Shown here piece by piece: positions 38,098 to 45,691 of a stretch of 45,691 bases of DNA. A program made the position numbers and the translations under genes. Position 1 is the first letter of the stretch. Every line of letters begins with the position of its first letter. The stretch is from a virus (lineage: Duplodnaviria > Heunggongvirae > Uroviricota > Caudoviricetes), in the IMG/VR virus record IMGVR_UViG_2531839130_000007, positions 1 to 45,691 of that record; one strand, written 5' to 3'. The notes under the pieces are model-generated. The model saw nothing but the letters and a program-made list of their open reading frames with translations, searched no databases and was not told where the DNA came from.

Positions 38098-38646
38098 TTA
38101 CATGTTTTCTTTACAGGAATTGATTGCAGCTTTATATGCTTCCGGGAGGCCATCTAATGGGAAGAATAGTTTTTGTGGTTTTTCTTTGCTTTCAGCTGGC
38201 GGAGTGTACCAAAAAGAAAAACTACCTTTCCCTTTAGCTTTTAACAAATCACTAATCTTTAATGAGCTAATAGGACTGAACAAGTAACCCTCATTGATAG
38301 ATGGGGTTGTTATAGAGTCCTGCTTTTGTTGTCCGCTGATTTTATAACTTACAGGAAGGAACGGTGGTAAATCCATTTGTTTATATCCAATAAAATGATT
38401 GATAGTTACATCACCGGGCTCACATTGAGTTAATGGTGATATATCAATAAATAAAGTTGATTTATCCTGTGGCAATTTGGATTCAACACCAATACGATAA
38501 GCCATAGTGGTAGGCATGGTAAATTCAGCATAATACCATTTACCGAACTGTTGAATGTCATTCATTCTCTCTGTGGCATCAATTGCATGAGAAACACCAG
38601 AAAATAGCAGTGAGCTAATCAAAATCCCTAATGAGTTAAATTTCAT
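38098..38646 (-). CDS. Secreted protein of unknown function (AT-rich cargo gene)
   Basis: 182 aa with signal peptide MKFNSLGILISSLLFSGVSHA; AGAGGA 4 nt before the ATG; 10 bp upstream of the next gene in the same orientation. Confidence 0.55.
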   Translation of the reverse strand: MKFNSLGILISSLLFSGVSHAIDATERMNDIQQFGKWYYAEFTMPTTMAYRIGVESKLPQDKSTLFIDISPLTQCEPGDVTINHFIGYKQMDLPPFLPVSYKISGQQKQDSITTPSINEGYLFSPISSLKISDLLKAKGKGSFSFWYTPPAESKEKPQKLFFPLDGLPEAYKAAINSCKENM

Positions 38647-38655
38647 AAAATCCTC

Positions 38656-39894
38656 TTGAGATTAATTATGTCAGAAATACCAATTACTATGACCAGTGCG
38701 GGTGCGCAGCCTACGCCACCCAATGATTTGCTTGCGAATCTTATCACCAGAGTTGCTGAAAAAGTACCTGGATATACAGCCAACCTTCCGGCGGGGCTTA
38801 TTACAGACCTTGCCAGCACGGCTGTCGGGGCGCTGGCATTAATAGATCAGGCGCGAGTGGATCTTATTAACTCCGTCAGTCCATACGGCGCGAATATTCC
38901 TCTACTGATGCAACTCGGAAACATTTATGGAGCACAGAAGGGATTAAGTACAAATACGGCGGTATACGTGGTGTTTGAGGCGTTGCCGGGGTTTGGTATC
39001 CCTAAAGGATTTGTGGTTGGAGACGGTAACTACCAGTATGCGGTTTCCCGCGATACGGTGGTGCCGGAAAGTGGGCAGACTGAACCAGTCTACTGTGTGG
39101 CCACTACGTCAGGCTCATGGGCTGTACCGGAAGGGACCGTGACGCAGGTCATTACATCAGTACCCAAAGACCAGCCTGTAAAATGCACCAACCTAACCGC
39201 AGGGATGCCAGGTCAGGAGGCGCAAACGTGGGCATCATACCGCGCCGAAGTCATGGAGTCCGGCATGTTTGGTGTGCAGGGAACACCGGATTGCTTTAAA
39301 GCGATGCTCAAATCAGTAAGCGGTGTGCGAGAAAACCTGATTTCTTTCCGGCAGTCGTCGTTGGGGAAATGGGTTGCGGTTGTTGGTGGCGGTGATCCGT
39401 ATGATGTGGCTTATGCGATTTACAAATCCGTACCGGATATTTCGAAACTGACCAACGATGTAAGCAATCCATCCGGTGCGGCAGTGGAAAAACGCACGGT
39501 TTCAATAACCGTTTCGCCGGACGTTTATCAGGTGCCGTTCGTTATCCCGTCATCACAAAACGTCATGGTGCTAATCACCTGGAACACGGTGTCTGATGAT
39601 TATGTTGATCCGGCGGGTATTGCTATGGCAGTGCAACAAAACGTTGCTGATTACATCAATTCAATTGAAGTCGGACACCCGATAAATCTTCTGCGTATCC
39701 AGGATATTTTTACCAGTTCTGTCAGGTTGCTGGTTGATGCGACGTTGATCTCAACAATCAGTGTGAGCATTGGCATTAACGGCCATATTGTTCCTCCGGC
39801 AAAAGACACAAGCCTGGTTTATGGCGATACCTATTCCTATTTTTCAACGGTGGCATCACAGGTTCAGGTCAACAAGTATGCAATATCTGACTGA
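38656..39894 (+). CDS. Baseplate protein (J-like)
   Basis: 412 aa (or from ATG 38668) immediately upstream of an I-like gene and the tail fibre gene. Confidence 0.5.
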   Translation: MRLIMSEIPITMTSAGAQPTPPNDLLANLITRVAEKVPGYTANLPAGLITDLASTAVGALALIDQARVDLINSVSPYGANIPLLMQLGNIYGAQKGLSTNTAVYVVFEALPGFGIPKGFVVGDGNYQYAVSRDTVVPESGQTEPVYCVATTSGSWAVPEGTVTQVITSVPKDQPVKCTNLTAGMPGQEAQTWASYRAEVMESGMFGVQGTPDCFKAMLKSVSGVRENLISFRQSSLGKWVAVVGGGDPYDVAYAIYKSVPDISKLTNDVSNPSGAAVEKRTVSITVSPDVYQVPFVIPSSQNVMVLITWNTVSDDYVDPAGIAMAVQQNVADYINSIEVGHPINLLRIQDIFTSSVRLLVDATLISTISVSIGINGHIVPPAKDTSLVYGDTYSYFSTVASQVQVNKYAISD

Positions 39895-40504
39895 GAAAAT
39901 TCTCCCTGCTTATCCATTTGTGCAGTACAGAGATGATCCGAATGTTGTTGCGTTCTTTGATGCATACAATGAAATTGCTCAGGAATACCTCGATTCACTC
40001 AACAATCTGGCATTGCCATGCTGGACATCGGAATCAATAACCGGGCAATTGCTGGACTGGATTGCACTCGGGATTTATGGCGTTGAAAGGCCTTTACTAC
40101 AGGTTTCCGAGGAGGCTATTGCACGAGGCGCATACGATACCATTGAATACAATACGATCCCGTATGCAGCAATGCGGAATTATGTTCCGGGGCAGGCATC
40201 GTATGTACCTGATGATTATTTCAAACGAATATTAACGTGGAATTTTTATAAGGCTGACGGTTCGCATTTCTGCATTGACTGGTTAAAGCGACGTGTGGCG
40301 CGGTTCATTCATGGAAAAAACGGAATAGACCCGCCGTTGCAGCACACTTTTGATGTGAGTGTGACAGTATCGGACAGCGTTTTTTCTATTCAGATACCAG
40401 AGTATGGCGATGGTATAGGCTATTTTCTGAAAGATGCCATTGACCAGAAATATGTAAAATTCCCTTTTATTTATTCCTATGCAACAACGGTGATTCAAAA
40501 ATGA
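39878..40504 (+). CDS. Baseplate / tail protein (I-like)
   Basis: Start at ATG 39878 overlapping the upstream stop; MQYLTEKILPAYPFVQYRDD...; 208 aa. Confidence 0.45.
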   Translation: MQYLTEKILPAYPFVQYRDDPNVVAFFDAYNEIAQEYLDSLNNLALPCWTSESITGQLLDWIALGIYGVERPLLQVSEEAIARGAYDTIEYNTIPYAAMRNYVPGQASYVPDDYFKRILTWNFYKADGSHFCIDWLKRRVARFIHGKNGIDPPLQHTFDVSVTVSDSVFSIQIPEYGDGIGYFLKDAIDQKYVKFPFIYSYATTVIQK

Positions 40505-42012
40505 TTCTTGGATTTGGCAATAACGTTGTTTCAGCACTGGCTGGTGATATCACCACGATTCAGACTGATATTCCGGTAATGCCCGGTACAGGGGCTAAAT
40601 TTGCAAAATTGCTTTCTGCCGATTTTGAAAATAAATCGAACGGGCAACGTGTCTATGCAAAAATTACGCTTACCGATAATAAAGAGTCTGCATTTGAGAT
40701 TTGTCACCTGGTATCGGTAAGCGGTGATGTGTTGAAAGTCATTCGTGGGCAGGAAGGAACAACAGCGAAAGGTTGGTCCCTTAATGACGTTGTGGCTAAC
40801 TTTGCCACGCGTGGTTCGGAAAACCATTTCGTACAGATAGCGCAGCTTCAGAGTGGTCATTATATTGCGGGAGTTGCTGGCGGCACTGCAAACGCGCTGA
40901 CTCTGGAGCTTCCCGCGACGTTTTTTGTTAATGGAGGTACAGACTGGACGCTACGAGCCCCGATTATCGTTTTCCCCGTTCAGAACAATACCAATGCCGC
41001 GACACTTCAATTAACACTGGGCGGAAAGGTTCTTGGTACGTTCCCGCTTTATAAGGGGAACAAGTCCGGGCTGGTAGCGAACGATATCATTAAAGGCATT
41101 CCCTTAATTTGTCTTCTTGATAGCGAGAAAAGCTATTTCAGCGTGATAAACCCTGGCAATATCTATTCAGATTTTGATCTGCGATATGTAAAAAAATCTG
41201 GTGATTTGATGACCGGAGAACTAAAAATCCGTGGTTTTAATGCGCTGAGGATTTTCAACGAAGCCTTTGGTCTGATTTTTCGTCGTTCGGAAGAGTGCCT
41301 GCACCTTATCCCTACCAGTGAAGGTCAGGGCGAGAATGGCGATATTGGTCCACTTCGACCGTTCACTATTAATCTGCGGACGGGTGAAATATACATGTCG
41401 CATAAAGTGTATGTTGGCGGCGGTTCTCAGGTCAATGGTGCGCTGGGTATCGGCGTTCAGAACGCGCTGGGCGGAAACTCAATTGCTTTCGGGGATAACG
41501 ATACAGGTATAAAACAAAACGGCGACGGCATTCTGGATGTTTATGCGAATGGACAGCATGTATTTCGTTTCCAGAATGGTGTGGCGATAGCGTTAAAAAA
41601 TATTCAGGCCGGAAATGCTAAAAAATTCACGTTATACAGCTCCAACAACTCCACGAAAAACGCAACGTTTAATTTATGGGGTAATTCATCCCGACCTGTA
41701 GTTGCAGAGCTTGATGATGATTCCGGCTGGCATTTTTACAGCCAGAGAAATACCGATGGCAGTATCACATTCGCTGTAAATGGACAGATGATCCCATCAA
41801 ACTATGGAAATTTCGATGCCCGTTATCAGCAGCGAAATGGCGGCGTGCAGGATGTGCGTCTGGGAGGTGCCATTGGTATTGGACGCGGAGGAAATGCGCC
41901 ATCAGGTCATTTACTGAGTGGTGTTGATGGCGGTCAAAGTGTGGACTGGGCCAATGCACGCCCGGTGCAGGTTCTGATTAATGGTGTCTGGCGAAATGTA
42001 GCGAGTTTGTAA
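40501..42012 (+). CDS. Tail fibre protein
   Basis: 503 aa; C-terminal third shares the ALGIG..ALGGNSIAFGDNDTGIKQNGDGILDVYANGQHVFRF block with the Sv' cassette and ends ...INGVWRNVASL; followed by a chaperone gene. Confidence 0.7.
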   Translation: MILGFGNNVVSALAGDITTIQTDIPVMPGTGAKFAKLLSADFENKSNGQRVYAKITLTDNKESAFEICHLVSVSGDVLKVIRGQEGTTAKGWSLNDVVANFATRGSENHFVQIAQLQSGHYIAGVAGGTANALTLELPATFFVNGGTDWTLRAPIIVFPVQNNTNAATLQLTLGGKVLGTFPLYKGNKSGLVANDIIKGIPLICLLDSEKSYFSVINPGNIYSDFDLRYVKKSGDLMTGELKIRGFNALRIFNEAFGLIFRRSEECLHLIPTSEGQGENGDIGPLRPFTINLRTGEIYMSHKVYVGGGSQVNGALGIGVQNALGGNSIAFGDNDTGIKQNGDGILDVYANGQHVFRFQNGVAIALKNIQAGNAKKFTLYSSNNSTKNATFNLWGNSSRPVVAELDDDSGWHFYSQRNTDGSITFAVNGQMIPSNYGNFDARYQQRNGGVQDVRLGGAIGIGRGGNAPSGHLLSGVDGGQSVDWANARPVQVLINGVWRNVASL

Positions 42013-42014
42013 TC

Positions 42015-42563
42015 ATGATGCACTTAAAAAATCTTACGGCACAAAACCCTAAAACAATTGAGCAATACCAGCTGGCACGACAGCATAAATTTTTATTGTG
42101 GCTGTTCTCCGATGATGGTCAGGAATGGCACGAAGCCCAGGAAAAATTTCAGCCAGACACTCTGAAAGTTATTTATGTTGAAACTGGCGAAGTGGTCTGG
42201 ATCGGAAAAGACATCACCTCAATCTGCCCGGAAAATAAAAGTGTGATTGAGTTGCCGGATATTACCGCTAATCGTCGCATTGAGGCGTCGGGATACTGGT
42301 TTTATCGCAATGATGAATTTGTTTTCGACCACAAACTTAAAGCGGAAGATGAGCGTGATGCACTGTTAAAACAGGCCAGCATCATGACCAGCGAATGGGA
42401 AAAAGACCTGCTGCTGGGATTAATCAGTGACGAAGACAGGGAGAAACTGAAAGCGTACCGCATTTACGCGAAATCGCTGCAGGCGATGGATTTCAACATT
42501 ATCACTGATAAAACCTCATATAACGCCATTGAATGGCCCGTCTCTCCGGAAGCCTCTTCCTGA
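42015..42563 (+). CDS. Tail fibre assembly chaperone (Tfa)
   Basis: 182 aa, MMHLKNLTAQNPKTIEQYQL...PDITANRR, paralog of the two chaperone genes in the invertible segment. Confidence 0.8.
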   Translation: MMHLKNLTAQNPKTIEQYQLARQHKFLLWLFSDDGQEWHEAQEKFQPDTLKVIYVETGEVVWIGKDITSICPENKSVIELPDITANRRIEASGYWFYRNDEFVFDHKLKAEDERDALLKQASIMTSEWEKDLLLGLISDEDREKLKAYRIYAKSLQAMDFNIITDKTSYNAIEWPVSPEASS

Positions 42564-42587
42564 TTTAATTTATCGCGAGAAAAACTA

Positions 42588-45500
42588 TGTCTGTAGTGAT
42601 ATCAGGTGCGCTGATTGATGGCGCAGGCATCCCCATGTCCGGATGCCACATAATTCTGAAATCCCGGGTAAACACCTCAGAGGTGGTGATGCGCACAGTT
42701 TCCGACGTGGTGACAGGAAACTGTGGCGAGTACTGTTTTAAAGCGCAGACCGGAAAATATTGCGTATATCTGAAACAGGACTGGCGCGACGAGTACTGTG
42801 TTGGCGACATTGCTGTATACGACGACTCAAAGCCCGGTACGCTGAACGACTTTCTGACTGCCCTTGATGAAGGTGATTTAAAGCCGGATGTAGTGAAACG
42901 CTTTGAGGAAATGGTGGCGCAGGCGCAGCAGAGCGCGGAAGCGGCAGCGGAGAGCGAACGACAGGCCGGGAAACATGTCGCTGATGCGCAACAAATTAAG
43001 AGCGCCTGCCAGACACTGGCGGATAACGTACAGCAGAATGCAGAATCCGTTGCCGAAGATAAAAATCAGGTGGCATTACTGGCGTCATCTGCCACACAGG
43101 ATGCGGCCCGCGCAGATCAGGCTGTTAAAGACGCAGACAAAATCGTCGATAAGGCTGTTGATAAACTCGATGAAGCCGCAACGCTGACCGGCGAGGCAAA
43201 AGCCAGCGCCGAAGCGGCAGCAAAAAGCGAGCAGAGCGCGAAACAGCACAAGGACGAGGCGCAACGGATAGTTGATGACCTGAAGGGAAGCAATGCTTCC
43301 ACAACAGAAAAAGGCCTGGTGCAACTCTGTAGTGATACAGACAACGACAGCGAGGAACTGGCAGCCACGCCAAAAGCCGTCAAAACCGTCATGGACGAGA
43401 CGAAAACAAAAGCGCCACTGGACAGCCCGGCGTTTACCGGCACGCCCACCACACCAACCCCGCCGGACGATGCGACCGGGCTGGAGATGGCGAACGCGGC
43501 ATTTGTCCGCAAACTGCTTGCCGCGCTGGTTGACTCATCACCGGAAGCCCTGGACACGCTGAACGAGCTGGCAGCGGCGCTGGGAAATGACCCGGAGTTC
43601 GCGACAACAATCATGAACGCGCTGGCGGGTAAACAACCACTAAGCGACGTGTTAACCGCAATCAGTAATCTGGAAGAACGGGCAGATAATCTTCTGTGCT
43701 TTAATCAGGACGGGAATGCTTCGCTGTCTCCACTGTCAGAAAAAGCCCGGTCACTGCTGGCGCAGGCCACAGTGGAAGCCATGCGCAATGAGCTTGAGCT
43801 GAAAAGCGCAGCGGTAAAGGATATCCAGACAGACCTTTACGACAGCACGGAAGGCCGTGTTGCGCTGCCAGGTGCATTTGGTTACGGAATGACGGACGCC
43901 GGAGCGCGTTCAATTATTGCCAGCGATATGGCGACTGTAGCCAGAACCGCTCACAACCTGCACCCGGGACGCTATTACACCTTTGCCACACGAACGGAAG
44001 AAATAACCGGGATAACAGAAATTATCTGGCTGGATAATGGCGGGGGCGACAAAACCAGCCAGACAGCAACAAAGCTGGTTCTGTTTTTTGGAAAAGACGG
44101 ACGGATTCTTATGACCGTTCGTGGCGATAATATCTCCGCCCCGGTCACCTGGACGAATCTGACACCACAACTTGGCAATGCAGCACAGAAGGATGCGCAG
44201 GAGAATATTTACGACCGCACCGAAGGCCGTCTGGCGATTCCCGGCATGTTTGGATTCGGGAAAGTATTTTTCATCGGCGACAGGACCGAGTTTAAAACAG
44301 AGGCCGATTTTCTCCGCTGGGTAAAAACGGCAAATCCCGGACGCTATGCCGTTTATGCAGATACAAATGCGGTAATACAGGGCGTGCTGTTCAAGGGTAC
44401 CGTTGAAATTATCTGGCCGGAACCTCAAATCAGCCATGATACGGCATATGTGGCCAAAATCATTATTTTTTACGGTATTAACGGTCATATTTATTACAAT
44501 CGCTACTGGACTACCGGAGGTGGTTATCTGGTTGGCTGGGAAAACCTGAAAGTCAACGAGGCTTCACTCCGGGCACTGATTGAAACCCGAGCGCCACTGA
44601 ACAGTCCGGCACTGACCGGAACGCCGTCCACGCCAACACCACCGGATGATGCAGCAGGTAATGAAATAGCCAATGCGGCGTTTGTCCGCAAACTGCTCGC
44701 CACGCTGGTTGGCTCATCACCGGAAGCCCTGGACACGCTGAACGAGCTGGCAGCGGCACTGGGCAATGACCCGAACTTTGCGACAACCGTCACTAATGCA
44801 CTGGCAGGTAAACAGCCGCTTAACGATACGTTAACCAGTATCAGCAAGGCAGGGGTGGGACAAAACTCTCTCCTTTATTTTGGTGATAACTTTAAAGCAA
44901 AAGCAATTCCATGCAGCAACAAGGCTCGCTCATTACTGGCACGAAACACGCCTGAATCCATGCGCGCGGAGCTTGAACTGAAAGCGGCTGCGACGATGGA
45001 ACCCCAGACCGATATCCGTGACCGCACACCCGGCAGGCTGGCGCTACCGGGCGCTTTTGGCTTTGGTAAGGCATTCAGTAACACAGAAGCCCTGACATTT
45101 AACGGGCAGGCTGATTTTGCTGAATGGCTGAAGGAAGCCATGCCGGGGCGTTATGCGGTCAGTATTGCGGACTCTTCCACGCTGCTGGCTGGCACAACGA
45201 AATTTAACGGCATCATTGATGTGATGTGGTCACCCTTTGATAACGACGAGTCAGACACAGTGCGTAAATTCAAAACGCTGCTGTGTTTTAACCAGTATTA
45301 CGAAGGTGAGCACAGTATTCATCGCCTGACTTACCGCTGGAGTGGAAACAACTGGAATGCAACAGTAAGCCCCATTATTTACGACGGCGATTCGCTGGCC
45401 TTCCTGCTGTCCAGGACGGCGGGCTCAGGCTCATATTTCAAATACCCGGCAGTGGGTGTTCCTGTGCTGGCTGTTTATCGCGGAACAACTTCCGGGGATA

Positions 45501-45691
45501 AAGAAATCAATATTGGCCTGGGTGATGTGGTGCAGGGGTCACAACTGGGCGGAGTTAATCTTTCGTGCGCAATATCTTCTGCTGGGGTTGGCTCCTACAA
45601 TTCCGCACCGAGTGTAGGAGCTACAGGGTACACTTTCCCGGGGCGTTATATGGCGCTATCCGGGGTCAGGGACTCTAAAGGAATAACCGGT
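42588..45691 (+). CDS. Long side tail fibre protein (Stf-like), 3' end beyond the window
   Basis: Frame read by hand is open from ATG 42588 to the window end (over 1030 codons; absent from the ORF track because no stop). Contains repeated PxFTGTPTTPTPPDDA...FVRKLL...LNELAAALGNDP modules typical of lambdoid side tail fibres. Confidence 0.75.
43412..43670 (+). repeat. Intragenic direct repeat, copy 1, within the side tail fibre gene
   Basis: About 260 bp, ~85% identical to 44591..44847 with a ~45-bp perfect core (catcaccggaagccctggacacgctgaacgagctggcagcggc). Confidence 0.8.
44591..44847 (+). repeat. Intragenic direct repeat, copy 2, within the side tail fibre gene
   Basis: Matches 43412..43670; copies are 1179 bp apart (a multiple of 3). 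Confidence 0.8.

Noticed and set aside
43085-45141. Minus-strand ORFs (for example 43117..43614, 43910..44488, 44524..44847) antisense to the side tail fibre gene
   Set aside because: Ala/Ser-rich low-complexity translations mirroring the fibre coding strand; shadow ORFs.

Overview
The window is phage DNA throughout, consistent with an Escherichia/Shigella-type prophage. Positions 1-4136 hold a Mu G / e14 P-type invertible tail-fibre switch (two fibre-tip cassettes, two chaperone genes, gix-like crossover sites in long inverted repeats) next to a Pin/Gin invertase that looks C-terminally truncated. From about 4765 rightwards lies a mosaic prophage: a Rac-like early-left operon (KilR-, YdaE-, RacC-like genes and a RecE N-terminal fragment without nuclease domain or recT), a RacR/YdaS/YdaT-like immunity region, O/P-like replication genes, a nin-like region with a Hok-family toxin, a Q-like gene, two tRNAs, a lysis cassette, terminase, portal, capsid, and a contractile-tail module (sheath, tube, frameshift-type chaperone, tape measure, baseplate, fibre, chaperone, long side tail fibre running off the right edge). 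No integrase, CRISPR array, reverse transcriptase or toxin cargo between the tRNAs and lysis genes was found. All calls come from reading the sequence and ORF track by eye and from remembered family features; no database search was run. The most likely place for an undescribed function is the AT-rich three-gene insertion (antirepressor plus two secreted proteins) splitting the baseplate operon at 36772-38655, followed by the AT-rich secreted-protein island at 4137-4760.
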